A stretch of DNA of 63,798 nt, the filler included, from Lama guanicoe (lineage: Eukaryota), in NCBI GenBank assembly GCA_013239625.1. It is 77 parts of 75 records of this genome, joined end to end, with 100 filler letters (N's around TTAATTAATTAA, not from the genome) between each part and the next. Parts side by side here need not be neighbours in the genome. Positions count along the whole stretch, not along the records: positions 24,447 to 25,350 come from PNXV01003663.1; positions 25,451 to 26,059 come from PNXV01003665.1; positions 26,160 to 26,771 come from PNXV01003666.1; positions 26,872 to 27,556 come from PNXV01003667.1; positions 27,657 to 28,574 come from MU053781.1; positions 28,675 to 29,462 come from PNXV01003674.1; positions 29,563 to 30,503 come from PNXV01003680.1; positions 30,604 to 31,497 come from MU053784.1; 69 more parts are not named here. One strand, given 5' to 3'. Position numbers and translations under genes: made by a program. This document shows positions 24,700-37,709 of the stretch, piece after piece. The notes below the pieces were generated by a model that made no database searches, was not told the DNA's origin, and saw nothing but the letters and a program-made list of their open reading frames with translations. Position 1 is the stretch's first letter; each line of letters opens with the position of its first letter.

Positions 24700-25350
24700 T
24701 GAAGGTAGGGTCAAAAATGTCCAAAAAAATTCTGAGAATTGTAGAAGGCAATATACATGTGTGGCACATGGCAAGGAAAGAACTGAGAAAATCCTAAGCC
24801 TTCAACTCTGGCTGAACTTGAGGTTCTGCATAAGCAAGAACTAAAGGCTACGGAAGAGCTGCAGACTGCATGCCGGTGCTGAGGGTATCCCTGAGCATGC
24901 AGACACACAGCCATCTGGCAACAGCTCAAACGATTGGCTCCAGGCATTGAAAGAAATCACTGTCCAATCTTTATTACAGTGATGACAACTAGGCTTTCTG
25001 CACACACACTGATCTCATGGTCATGCATGATAAAGAATAATTACAGAATTTGTTCAGGAAAGTAACTAAATAAATAACAGCAGCAGCAATGACAATGAAA
25101 GCAATGATAAACCCTGGAGATGAGGAAAATCAGGCTTTCAGATCTGCCACATTGTAATATTTTAAATGTCCAGTTTTCAACAGAAAATTAAAAGATGTAC
25201 AAAGAAACAGAAAAGTTTGGCCATAACAGACGGGGAAAAAGTAGTCAATAGAAACTCCCTGAGGAAACCCAGACACTGGACTTACTAGACATAGACATAA
25301 GTAAGCAATTACACATATGTTCAAAATACTAACAGAAACCATGCCTAAAG
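24700..25350 (+). mobile_element. Ancient L1M 5'/ORF1-region fragment
   Basis: AAATGTCCAGTTTTCAACAGAAAATT...AAGAAACAGAAAAGT...GACACTGGACTTACTAGAC...ATATGTTCAAAA pattern. Confidence 0.7.
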
Positions 25351-25450
25351 NNNNNNNNNNNNNNNNNNNNNNNNNNNNNNNNNNNNNNNNNNNNTTAATT
25401 AATTAANNNNNNNNNNNNNNNNNNNNNNNNNNNNNNNNNNNNNNNNNNNN

Positions 25451-25615
25451 CCATGTTGGTTCATCAGTTGTACCAAATATGCCACACTGATGAGAGATGC
25501 TGAGGGTAGGGGAGTATATGTGTGTGGGTGGGGAGGGCTATGTGCCAACTCTATTTTCTGCTCAATTCTGCTGTGAACCTGAAGCTGCTCAAAAAATAAA
25601 GTCTATTAATAAATA
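25451..25615 (+). mobile_element. Ancient L1M 3' end
   Basis: TTGGTTCATCAGTTGTACCAAAT...TTTCTGCTCAATTCTGCTGTGAACCTGAAGCTGCTCAAAAAATAAAGTCTATT; followed by (TG)n(TA)n at ~25620-25690. Confidence 0.75.
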
Positions 25616-26159
25616 AATTATATGTATGTATGTATGGGTGTGTGTGTGTGTGTATGTGTGTGTGTATATATATATATACATATATATGTAAAGTTACAAG
25701 TTAAGATAAAGGCATGGCCTATATAAGTGGGGGAGGTGAGGTGGGCAGTGCAGGAAATCCACCAGGTGTGGAAAAAGCATTACCACATAGTCTAGTCAGG
25801 GAGATTTTTCAGAGTAATCACAAGAGCCAGCATCTCCAGAAGAGATGATATCAAGCACAAGCAAGGAAAACAAAAACCATGAGCCCTAACAGAGCTGTAT
25901 GTACCAGGGTCCTGAGGTGAAAATGATTGGTGGCTTGAAGAGTGTGACTCCCTGGGAGATAATGAGAGATAATGGCAGGGTGAGATAGGAGACTTGAGAG
26001 GTGCACAGGTGTCAATCCTCATTGAAGCCTCAGGTGAAGAATTTGGATTTTATTCTGATNNNNNNNNNNNNNNNNNNNNNNNNNNNNNNNNNNNNNNNNN
26101 NNNTTAATTAATTAANNNNNNNNNNNNNNNNNNNNNNNNNNNNNNNNNNNNNNNNNNNN

Positions 26160-26771
26160 CATTTGGAGGTGCCTACCAACACTCAGTATACCAGAACTAT
26201 TCTTCGTGTGTGTGCTTCAGGTGGGGAAAGAGAGACCACGCATTTATATGGGGGGCAGGTGTTTAAAGGTTAGGGATGTAGTTTTAAAAACCTCCATGCC
26301 CATAGAGAGGCACTCGCTAAAACCTAGCTATAGAGACCAAACCCCACATTAGATCAAAGCACTATGTAAACACTCAGGGAACACAAGCTAAGGGATTCTA
26401 ATAGAACCCAGGTGCTGCTGACTTTTGGAGTAGCCTCCCAATGCTCAGGATTCCCGAAAACTTCTTCGTGTGTGTGCTGTTGGTGGAGAAACAGTGTCCA
26501 CGGATATTCCAGGGGGTAAAGGTATTCCCTTATTGTGGGTTGTTGGATAACACCTCAACTTCCCATGGAGAGGCACTCAATAATACTTGGATTTACAGCC
26601 CAAATCCCACTTTGAACTGCACTCCAGCTTATGCAAACCATCAGGGAAGAGAAGCTGATGGATTCTACTAGAACACTGACACTGCTCTCAGTTGGAGGAT
26701 CTTTCCCAATCTCAGAATTCCAGAAGTCAACCTTGTGTGGCGGGGACATGTGGAGCCACAATCCAAGTAGA
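26160..26771 (-). repeat. Satellite family F, diverged CpG-depleted relative of B (~262-bp period)
   Basis: TTCTTCGTGTGTGTGCT at ~26200 and ~26462; colinear with the reverse orientation of B. Confidence 0.82.
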
Positions 26772-27656
26772 NNNNNNNNNNNNNNNNNNNNNNNNNNNNN
26801 NNNNNNNNNNNNNNNTTAATTAATTAANNNNNNNNNNNNNNNNNNNNNNNNNNNNNNNNNNNNNNNNNNNNGCATTTTGGGTCTTACGCAATTATTTTTA
26901 TGATAAATGATTAGAGAGGATTAGAGAGGAATTTAATACATATTTCCAAAATTGTCTTTGAAAGCAGTTTTTAGAACCAATTTACATTTCCAAGAGAAAA
27001 TCATGACTGTTTCTCTGCATCTCCACCAACATCAGGTGTTAATAATTTCTAGAGTTTTTCATTTTGGTAAGTGAACAATTATGTCTCAAAGTTGTTTTAA
27101 TGTGCATTTCCAGATCACTGGAGTCACAAAGTGTTCTTTTGCCAGTCTGTGGCTCTTCTGCAGGGCTTTTCAGGTCCTAAGCTTCTAAGCAGGGTGCAGG
27201 ACCTGCATCTGCCATGGTCTATTGGAGGTGTGTGACCACAGATGGTTAAAGTGGGGTTGGCCAGTATTCAAGGCCCTAAAGGAATTATAGGGGAGGAAGC
27301 CAAGAGATTCCAGGACTCTTCTTTACTGGAAGCTGGACCACTTCCCTAGTCCCTTGCAAAGGGCCATGTTGGGACAGACACTTGTTCTGGTTTGAGGTTC
27401 AGGCGTGATGGCAGGAATTTGGGAAGCCCCAGATGGGGCTAAGACTGCTGTTGGGGGCTGGCATGGGCTAGGGGAAGTTTATGTCAGGCCCTGAGCTACC
27501 TAGAAGCTGTTAAGAACTTCTGAGAAGCCCAAGCAGGGTTAGAAGACGATGAAGGANNNNNNNNNNNNNNNNNNNNNNNNNNNNNNNNNNNNNNNNNNNN
27601 TTAATTAATTAANNNNNNNNNNNNNNNNNNNNNNNNNNNNNNNNNNNNNNNNNNNN

Positions 27657-27940
27657 TATTGAACATCGTTTGATTGTGCTTATTGGCCATTTGTATATTT
27701 TCTTTCCAAAATAAATTTTCAGATCCTTTATTCACTTTTTATTGTAAAAGTTGTAGGATTTTTTTTTTATTTGAAGATAGAAATTCCTAATCAGATAAAT
27801 GATTTGAAAAAATTTTCTCCTGTGTGTTTTTTTTTCACTTTCTTTATGGTGTCCTTTGAAGCAAAGTTTTACATTTTGATGAATTCCAATTTATCACTGT
27901 TTTCTTTGTTTCTTGTGCTTTTGGGGTAATATTTAAAATC
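27657..27940 (-). mobile_element. Old LINE-1 fragment (antisense)
   Basis: GTGCTTATTGGCCATTTGTATATTTTCTTT...TTTTGATGAATTCCAATTTATC. Confidence 0.75.
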
Positions 27941-28674
27941 TGAGGTATTTTATTTAAACTTTTATATATAAAATAACTTAATTCTTAGGACCGTTCTAGG
28001 AGATGGGTGCAGTTGTTGTCCTGAGTCTATGGATAGGAGACTGAGAGGCAGAAAATGTCACTGACATATCAGCTGACATATCAGTGTCACAGCTACCCAG
28101 TGCTGTGGGAGTTCAGACCCACATGTTTGTCCCCAGCATCTGTGCTCTTCACCACCATGCTTCACTCCTTCCTGGAATCGTTAGTGAAAAAGTCTTTCCT
28201 TTTTTGATTTCTTATTAGTTTGTTTTCTCATTNNNNNNNNNNNNNNNNNNNNNNNNNNNNNNNNNNNNNNNNNNNNNNNNNNNNNNNNNNNNNNNNNNNN
28301 NNNNNNNNNNNNNNNNNNNNNNNNNNNNNNNCTCTCGAGTATGTTGCTAGTTGACCTAATCAATTCATGATTAAGTCTTTCCTGCTGATGACACTAAAAA
28401 CAGAATCATGATTTACAGAATGCTCAAAGAAGAAAGTACTTGAGTGATTTTATTTTTCAAGCCAATCAAACCAATCAAATAAAAACCCCGGTGTTGGAAC
28501 ATATAGGCCCTCCAGAATAGGATCACTGTATTCCTTGCGTTTCATTTGTTTTGTCACAGTGTCTGGATAGTGCCNNNNNNNNNNNNNNNNNNNNNNNNNN
28601 NNNNNNNNNNNNNNNNNNTTAATTAATTAANNNNNNNNNNNNNNNNNNNNNNNNNNNNNNNNNNNNNNNNNNNN

Positions 28675-29462
28675 AATTCTATATTCAGTATTCTTTATTC
28701 TATATACTAAATTCTGGGTTCTATATTCTATATTCAAAATTCAATATTCTGTATTCTGTATTCTATATTCAAAATACTGTGTTCTGCATTCCATGTTCTC
28801 AATTCTGGTTTTGTATTGTGTTTTACATATTCTATATTCTGTGTTCTACATTCTATATTCTGTATTCTATATTTTGCATTCCTTATTCTATATTCTATAT
28901 TCTGTGCTCTACATTGTACATTCATATTCTATGTTCAGTTTTCGGTATTCTATATTCTAAATTCTGTGTTCTACATTCTATGTTCTAAATTCTGGGAATG
29001 TTCTAAACTCTGGGTTGTTTATTTTCTATTCTAAATTCTATATTTTGTGTTCATCATTCTATATTCTATATTTTATTCTCTGCATTCCGCAGTCTCTATT
29101 CTATATTCGGTCTTCTACATTCTATATTCTAAAATCTGTATTCAGTATTTTTTATTCTATGTTCTAAATTCTATATTCTGCATTCCATTTCTAAATTTTG
29201 GGTTCTATATTCTCTATTTTATATTCTACATTTTGTGTTCTTCATTCTTTATTCTACCTTCTATATTCTCCATTCCGTAGTCTATATACTATATTCTGTG
29301 TTATACAATATATATTCTAAATTCTTCATTAAGTATTCTGTATTCTATATTCTAAATTCTGTGTTCTGAATTCAATGTTCTAAATTCTGGGTTCTATATT
29401 GTGCATTCTGTTATCTATATACTTTGTTCTACATTCTATATTCTAAATTCTATATTCAGTAT
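28675..29462 (-). repeat. Heptamer satellite C (reverse orientation)
   Basis: Degenerate (ATATTCT)n. Confidence 0.95.
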
Positions 29463-29562
29463 NNNNNNNNNNNNNNNNNNNNNNNNNNNNNNNNNNNNNN
29501 NNNNNNTTAATTAATTAANNNNNNNNNNNNNNNNNNNNNNNNNNNNNNNNNNNNNNNNNNNN

Positions 29563-30503
29563 TGTGCTGGATGAACGAACGTTTCTCCACATGCTCAGTT
29601 CTGAGAAATAACTGTGTGAAAACCGTCCTTCAACTCTCTTACAGGGAACGCAAAGATTCTTTCCAGTTTCAAACTACTCTACATACATATACATGGGGAG
29701 GTACAAGCTCCATCACAGTTTTACAGTGAAAAGTGCAGAAATTCCAACCGACACTTGGAAACACACTGAGAAACCAGTGTAAGTGTTTCTTCTAAATATG
29801 GTTCCCTTTGTGCTGCGTGAAAGAAAGTCTCTCCACATGCTCAGATCTGAAAATTAATTGTGTGTAAAAGCTTTCCTTCACATAGCTTGAAGGGAACACA
29901 AAGTATCATTTCAGTAGCAAACCCCATTATCGAAACATATATGGGGACGTACAAGCTCAAATCGGTTTTACACTGAAAATTGCAGAAACTTCATCCCGGA
30001 ACTAGGAAACAGACTGATAAACCAGAGTAAGAGATTCTCCTGAATCCTGTTCCCTTTGTGTTGGATGGATGAACATCTCTCCACATGGTCATTTCTGAGT
30101 GATAAGTGTGTGTGAAAGCAGTCCTTCAACTAGCTTGAAGAATCTCAAAGATTCTTTTCAGTTGCAAACACCACTACATACATATGTATGTGGAGGTACA
30201 AGCTCCAACTCGGTATTACACAAAAAATGCAGTAAATTCACTGGCACTAGTAATGCGTTTGAGGAAACAGAGAAAGTTTCTCCTGCAACCCGTTCCATTT
30301 GTGCTGGATGAACGAACGTCTCTCCACATGCTCTGTTCTGAGAGTTAAGAGTTTGTATGCCGTCCTTCACCTACCTTGAAAGGAACACAAAATTTCTTTT
30401 CAGTTGCAAACTCCACTACATACCTATATTCGGGGGGCTTCAAGCTCCAACTCTTTTTCACAATGAAAACTGCATGAACCTTAAACCAACACTAGGAAAC
30501 ACA
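29563..30503 (+). repeat. Satellite family A, about 4 moderately diverged monomers
   Basis: TCTCCACATG and TACAAGCTC recur about every 245 bp. Confidence 0.93.
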
Positions 30504-31597
30504 NNNNNNNNNNNNNNNNNNNNNNNNNNNNNNNNNNNNNNNNNNNNTTAATTAATTAANNNNNNNNNNNNNNNNNNNNNNNNNNNNNNNNNNNNNNNNN
30601 NNNTAAATTTCAAATTATGTTTAATGCCTTTGTACATAACACAGGTCTCTTTCTTAAAGCTTATCGCATGGAGCTGACTTACTTGAGGAAAATGGCATTT
30701 GGGAAAAACAGAGAAGTAGAAGCAGAGTGGGCCATTTGGACATCTGACCACATTTTTTTTTTTGGTGAGTCATTTAGTTTTAAATTGTCTTTTCCTTTCA
30801 TTATTTTGAACTTTATCAATGTCCTCCTGTGTTAGGTATTTACATCATCTATGAATAAGACTTTTCCCAATTGCACTGTGTGACTTGGCCACAACATTTC
30901 CCTTTTCTTTGGTNNNNNNNNNNNNNNNNNNNNNNNNNNNNNNNNNNNNNNNNNNNNNNNNNNNNNNNNNNNNNNNNNNNNNNNNNNNNNNNNNNNNNNN
31001 NNNNNNNNNNNNNNNNNNNNNNNNNNNNNNNNNNNNNNNNNNNNNNNNNNNNNNNNNNNNNATTCTGCCCTTGGTCCTGCCCTCAGGACCAACATATCCT
31101 TCCTATGCTCAGTGGAAGAAGGGAGGAAATGCTGTTCTCTTTGTATCCCGTCTGATTTCAGAATGTTATAATGAAGATACAAATGTGAAGGTGAGATAAG
31201 AAGCTAAAAAGTAAAAAGTTCTTTTGAGAGGCAGAGGTAGAAGGCTCTGATGAAATTTTAACACAGGGGTGTTAGCAATAGGCTAGGAGGTCTCCCCTGT
31301 GCTCTCCTGGGCTGCCATCAGCAGTGCGGGGAAGTTTACCCTAAAGCAAATTCCCTCATGGGATTGATAAGTCTTAGAAGGTGAGTCCTCAAAGTTCATC
31401 ATGCACACAATAATATACTTTGATCTCGTGGATTTTTTAATTTTTAAAAATTTAGTTTTGTGCTCATTGGATGATTTCAAACAAAATTGAGAAAATANNN
31501 NNNNNNNNNNNNNNNNNNNNNNNNNNNNNNNNNNNNNNNNNTTAATTAATTAANNNNNNNNNNNNNNNNNNNNNNNNNNNNNNNNNNNNNNNNNNNN

Positions 31598-32318
31598 TCA
31601 GATAAACATATAGATCACTGTAAAGCAGTACTAATCCATTAACAAGAAAATACGTCAAAGATAAAGGCAGAACAGATCAGCTAAATGGTATAAGAAGTTT
31701 TACAATCTGTTATTGAAGGTGGATTAACATTTTAAGAAAATTTTTTCCTCTTAACGGAGAGAAATCCAAATTTAATCTTGTACCAGCTTACTTCTAAGAT
31801 TCATTTACGTTGCCCAATTTGATTCAAAACTTAGCCATTTCTGACCACGTACAAAACTTTTTCCTCAGGTTTCCTCTTCTACAAGCCTTCCACAGCTTTC
31901 TATACTCATATTAGTGTGTGCCTTATTTTCTCTTCCATTCAGAAGTAACCAGCTTCCAGAGAAAGTCACTATTTTTCATTAACAAAATATAATTCCATTC
32001 TTATATCTTCCTTTACACATTTATCTTACTTTCCTAGGATACTGAGATCATTCCCTTACTAATAGAGACTATTTCAGAGGTGGCACCAACCATTTATTAA
32101 TATTTCTAAACACCTTTAGTTTCACTGAAAGAGGAAGTTAAATGTTAAGTAATTCATATTTCAATCTTATTTTATCTGAAAATGGCATAGGTATTTAATA
32201 AAATCACATCATTTAACTTAATTTAGCATAACTCTAGAATTTGCAGATAGCAAACATTTAGAGATTATCTTAAGCATACATTTTAAAGATATATTTTAAA
32301 TATTTACCCAAAGCTCTC
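31598..32318 (-). mobile_element. Possible ERV1 non-autonomous internal sequence
   Basis: AT-rich composition and wording resemble MER4-group internal regions; no coding motif seen. Confidence 0.3.
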
Positions 32319-32666
32319 NNNNNNNNNNNNNNNNNNNNNNNNNNNNNNNNNNNNNNNNNNNNTTAATTAATTAANNNNNNNNNNNNNNNNNNNNNNNNNN
32401 NNNNNNNNNNNNNNNNNNTATATATCTTTCAATTGTATTTGCAGTAAGTGACACATTTTTTTCCTTTTTGAATAACTCAAACTACCCACAGCTCCTGGAT
32501 TGTCCTAGCCACAAAAATAACAAACAAACAAACAAATAAAAGACAGTTAGTGTTTTGGGATAAGTGATGTGATGAATTGAGGAAGATTTAGATACACATT
32601 CTGTGCCAAGAAATTGGATTTGGAAAGATTACTGCCATTAACAGAATACGAGAATCTGTCTTCAGT

Positions 32667-33520
32667 TGTGAGGGTTTAAGAACATGCCACCCCAAAATAT
32701 GTTGCTGTGGCATAAGTGACTATTTTGAGCAGAAAGCACTTGAGAAACAGCAGATGTAGGAAGGGCTCCATGACTTCCCTTTTCTACCTAAAAGCAGGTC
32801 ATAACATTTCCTACTGGAAGGTGCCCACCATGACCNNNNNNNNNNNNNNNNNNNNNNNNNNNNNNNNNNNNNNNNNNNNNNNNNNNNNNNNNNNNNNNNN
32901 NNNNNNNNNNNNNNNNNNNNNNNNNNNNNNNNNNNNNNNNNNNNNNNNNNNNNNNNNNNNNNNNNNNNNNNNNNNNNNNNNNNNNNNNNNNNNNNNNNNN
33001 NNNNNNNNNNNNNNNNNNNNNNNNNNNNNNNNNNNNNNNNNNNNNNNNNNNNNNNNNNNNNNNNNNNNNNNNNNNNNNNNNNNNNNNNNNNNNNNNNNNN
33101 NNNNNNNNNNNNNNNNNNNNNNNNNNNNNNNNNNNNNNNNNNNNNNNNNNNNNNNNNNNNNNNNNNNNNNNNNNNNNNNNNNNNNNNNNNNNNNNNNNNN
33201 NNNNNNNNNNNNNNNNCCCCAGGGGATACATGCAGTTAGGCATATATCTTGGGGGAAAAATGTGACTCACAAGGAATAGATACCTCAGTTAATTATTTTG
33301 CTGTTTTTCTATGTATGGATAATGCAAGAATCTGGGTTTATTAAAATTCTTCATAAGATTAAACAGCTAACTATCGAAGAGCCTGTTTTTCCAAAACACG
33401 AAGTTCCTCATCCTGCTTTTCATCCTGAATCCCTCTCTGGGTGCAGTGTCTTCAGCAAACACAGTAGCTAACAACTTAATCCTCGTAGAACTGCAAGATG
33501 AGCAACATTCTTTCTTTTAC
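32667..33520. mobile_element. ERV1-type LTR fragments either side of an internal gap
   Basis: TGTGAGGGTTTAAGAACATGCCACCCCAAAATATG start resembles MER34-like LTRs. 33217-33520 resembles an antisense LTR. Confidence 0.5.
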
Positions 33521-33645
33521 ATTTGTTTTCATTTGAGGACATCTANNNNNNNNNNNNNNNNNNNNNNNNNNNNNNNNNNNNNNNNNNNNTTAATTAATTA
33601 ANNNNNNNNNNNNNNNNNNNNNNNNNNNNNNNNNNNNNNNNNNNN

Positions 33646-34584
33646 GGTCCAGATCTGGGGATGCCCGCGGGCAACGGGGTTACCGCGGGGCGATACCATC
33701 TCGCAGCTACCGCCCTGGGTCTCTAGACCCCGCACGCTTAGCACGACCAGCAGCGCCCCAGCCCCTTCCACTCCAATTCGGACTCACGCGTGGGCGTCAG
33801 AGGGCGCACATAATTCCCGCTGGAGACCTTTTCTCTCTCTGATTCGGACAACCCAAAGCCCCAGCTCCGGGAGCCAGGCTCTGACCCCGGACACTCGCCA
33901 GCCCTGCACTGGGGCCCGCGTGCCAGGACCTGAGGCCCCAACCTGCCTGGAGAGGGTCTACGTGGGGCCAGGGCCGGCCACGTGGGCAGTCCTCCCTTCC
34001 ACGCCAGGCCTAGATGCTGGATGTCCCCGCACCGCGTGTCCCGCCGCCCCTGCCCAGGTCCGAATCCCGGCTGGGCGACTTTCTGGGCGTCGCAGCCACG
34101 TTAGGGACAGGAGTGCGCATCGCTGAACGGTGGCGCCCGCGCCGGGCTTACGTTGGTGCGGGAGCGGCGGAGCGGCCTCGGGCGCAGCCACGCCGCCTGT
34201 GCCCGCGGCGCGGGGCGCTCTGGTCTCGTCCTGGAGTTACTTTCTCGGTCCGAACCCTGCCAGCACCCCTCTCGGCCTGGCCCCAGCTTCGCGAGGCCCC
34301 TCCCCTATTCTCCCCTCCCCCTTCCCTCCCCTTACCGCCTCCTCGCCCTGCTCTCCGGCTGCCCTCCCGCCGCTCCCACCCCCTGTCCTCCCTCCCCTCT
34401 CTCCAGCGGCCTTCCCCGATGGCCGGCGAGAAAACCAGCCCCGACCCGAGCCGGTAGCTGGCGCCCCACGGCGGCCAGCCCAGGCACAGAGGGCAGCGAT
34501 ACGGCTCCCAGTTACCCAGCGCGGCGCCCGCGAGTGGGAGCGCGCGGCCACTCCTGGCTGGGGGATCAGCTGCGCCGCCTGGTG
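33646..34584. promoter_or_regulatory. CpG island, probable gene promoter or 5' exon region
   Basis: About 940 bp of very high GC with abundant CpG; C-rich tract at 34295-34415. Confidence 0.8.
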
Positions 34585-34684
34585 NNNNNNNNNNNNNNNN
34601 NNNNNNNNNNNNNNNNNNNNNNNNNNNNTTAATTAATTAANNNNNNNNNNNNNNNNNNNNNNNNNNNNNNNNNNNNNNNNNNNN

Positions 34685-35248
34685 GTGTTTGCAAAGCAAA
34701 CGAGAAGCAGACCAAGAAAGAATGAAACAAACATACAACACAAAAAGGGTAGGTTTACATGAATATTCAAAAGAAATTACTCAAGGTGATGTCAAGGATC
34801 ATTCAGTACGCATCGACCCAGTATCGCGGCTTGAATGTACTCANNNNNNNNNNNNNNNNNNNNNNNNNNNNNNNNNNNNNNNNNNNNNNNNNNNNNNNNN
34901 NNNNNNNNNNNNNNNNNNNNNNNNNNNNNNNNNNNNNNCAATGGATTCCTAGTCCGTGATATAGACTTGCAAGTCTTCCAACAGGATGAATGAATGCCAT
35001 ATTCTACACTACGTCGAGAAGAAATGGCACAAACCTATAACAAGGAAAAGAAGCTCCGCAAAAGTGTACTAAGATCAAAAGAGACAGGCAGTAAAGTGCA
35101 CATTGGGGATTGTATCATTCCTAGGAATTTCAGCCCCCTTGAAACAAATGGATTGATGTGCCGTGAATTCGGGTGTTTCAGCAGAAATCATCCGACGGAT
35201 ATGAATTGCGGGTGTGCCCATATTACAGGAACAATAGTTTCCCTTAGT
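34685..35248 (+). repeat. Recurrent repeat segment E, copy 2
   Basis: Bridges copy 1 (4320-4500) and copy 3 (52889-53130) via TTCCTAGTCCGTGAT and AAAGTGTACTAAG. Confidence 0.85.
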
Positions 35249-35348
35249 NNNNNNNNNNNNNNNNNNNNNNNNNNNNNNNNNNNNNNNNNNNNTTAATTAA
35301 TTAANNNNNNNNNNNNNNNNNNNNNNNNNNNNNNNNNNNNNNNNNNNN

Positions 35349-35730
35349 CAGAACTTCATTCTTTTTATGGCCAAATAATGTTGTATTCTATGGATATACC
35401 ATATTTTATTTACCCAATTACTTATTGGTAGACTTTGGCTTGTTTTCATTTTGGGGCTATCATGCATATTGATGCTGTGAATATTTGTGTACAAATTTTT
35501 GAACGTATTTTTAAAATTTTCTTGGGCATAACAGTGGAGTTGTCGGATCATATGATAATTCTTTCTTTAACTTTTTGAAGAACTAGCTGCCTTACAAATT
35601 GGCTTCACTATTTTACATCCCCCCGACTCTAAGCAATGTATGTTTACAATTTCTTCACATTCTTTCCTGTTATTGCTTGTCTTTTATTTTTTTTAAATGA
35701 TAACCATCTTGGTAGGTGTGAAGTGGTACC
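35349..35730 (-). mobile_element. Old L1M 3' region (antisense)
   Basis: GAACTTCATTCTTTTTATGGCCAAATAATGTTGTATTCTATGGATATACC...GTAGGTGTGAAGTGGTA. Confidence 0.8.
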
Positions 35731-35836
35731 TAAAATTGTATTAACTTTCTTAGCATTTACAAACTAAGTGATATATGGGTAGATATGAAACTAGATTCAT
35801 AGGGACATAATTAGATACATGATAGAAGAAGGTATA

Positions 35837-36146
35837 CAGGAATATCTCAAAGATATTTCATGTTCAATTCCAGACAACTACAATAAAGCACATATCACAG
35901 TAAAATGAGCCACATAATTTTTTTGGTTTCCAAGTTCATATAAAATTTATGTTATACTACACTATAGTCTATTTAGCTTGCAATAGCATTATATATAAAA
36001 AGCAATACACATACCTTAATTAAAAATACTTTAAAAACTGTTAGCCATCATCTGAGCCTTCAATGAGTCATAATTTTTTTACTGGTGGAGGGTCTTTCCT
36101 CGATGCTGACAGATCAGGCTAGCAGTTGCTGAAAGTTGAGATGTCT
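35837..36146 (-). mobile_element. Tigger1 (pogo-like) DNA transposon 3' end with TIR
   Basis: TA|CAGGAATATCTCAAAGATATT...CAATAAAGC...TTTTTTGGTTTCC...CATCTGAGCCTTCA...TGGTGGAGGGTCTT matches the Tigger1 terminus; TA target site at 35835-35836. Confidence 0.85.
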
Positions 36147-36828
36147 NNNNNNNNNNNNNNNNNNNNNNNNNNNNNNNNNNNNNNNNNNNNTTAATTAATT
36201 AANNNNNNNNNNNNNNNNNNNNNNNNNNNNNNNNNNNNNNNNNNNNAGTGTTCCTATAATGCCCTTAGTAGAATTTAAGCTTTTATTTGAAAAAGAATAT
36301 ACTTCCTATATTGACAGAAATTTAAACTATTTTTGTCTCTCCCCTTACATCTACAGTCAGTAAAACTTTCACATCCCAACAAAAATAACTACAACACAAA
36401 ACAATACTCCAGAACGCATGTGAATGGGTGAAGTTTGGTGGACTAAAACACACAAAAGAGGCTGAATTGAGGGAAGAGCAGATTTGGTGTCTGCTACCAA
36501 GGCAAGGCCCCCTTGGGCCACTCATGACCTGAGGGCTGCCGAGCACAGAAACTGGGCCTAAACTCCCAGAGTGCGGGGCGTCAGGCTCTAAGGCTGATTG
36601 AGCTAAGACAATCTCTTTTCCTCCACCCCTTTGTTAGAAAAAGAGCAGGTGCATTTGGAGTCGGAAAAACATCTTAATACCATTGAGTTATTAAGAATTA
36701 GGGCTTCTGGAAAGAGAGATACAATCGGNNNNNNNNNNNNNNNNNNNNNNNNNNNNNNNNNNNNNNNNNNNNTTAATTAATTAANNNNNNNNNNNNNNNN
36801 NNNNNNNNNNNNNNNNNNNNNNNNNNNN

Positions 36829-37609
36829 TTAGAATATAGAATGAAGAACAAAGAGTATAGAATATAGAATACGGAATGCAGAATATTGAGTACAGTATAT
36901 AGAATGTAGAACACAGAATATAGAATATGGAAAACAGAATACAAAACCCAGAATTTAGAACTTGTAATGCAGAACACAGAATTTAGACTATAGAATACAG
37001 AATACTGAATATAGAATTTAGAAAATAGAATGTAGAACACAGAATATATAATAGAGAATATAGAATCCACAATTTAGAACATGGAATGTAGAACACAGAA
37101 TTTAGAAAATAGAATACAGAATACTGAAAATAGAATTTAGAATATAGAATATAGGACACAGCATATAGAATATAGTATACGGGAAGCAGAATATAGAATA
37201 CAGAATATAGAATGTAGAACACAGAATATAGAATATGGAAAACAGAATACAGAATCCAGAATTTTGAACATGGAATTCAGAACACAGAGACAGAATGTAG
37301 AATATAGAATACGGAAAGCAGAATATTGAATACAGATAATAGAATGTAGAACACAGAATATAGAATATGGAAAACAAAATACAAAACCCAGAAATGAGAA
37401 CATGGAATGCAGAACACAGAATTTAGAATATAGTAAACAGTATACTGAATATAGAATTTCGAATATAGAATGTTGAACACAGAATTTAGAATATAGAAAA
37501 TACAATATTGAATATAGAATTTAGAATACAGAAATTAGAACACAGAATATAGAATACAGAATAGAGAATATAGAACCCAAAATTTAGAACATGGATTGCA
37601 GAACACAGA
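36829..37609 (+). repeat. Heptamer satellite C
   Basis: Degenerate (AGAATAT)n with recurrent CCCAGAATTTAGAACATGGAATG landmarks. Confidence 0.95.
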
Positions 37610-37709
37610 NNNNNNNNNNNNNNNNNNNNNNNNNNNNNNNNNNNNNNNNNNNNTTAATTAATTAANNNNNNNNNNNNNNNNNNNNNNNNNNNNNNNNNNN
37701 NNNNNNNNN

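Noticed and set aside
34014..34636. Overlapping Pro/Arg/Ala-rich ORFs
   Set aside because: Expected from stop-codon scarcity in a CpG island; no recognisable domain.
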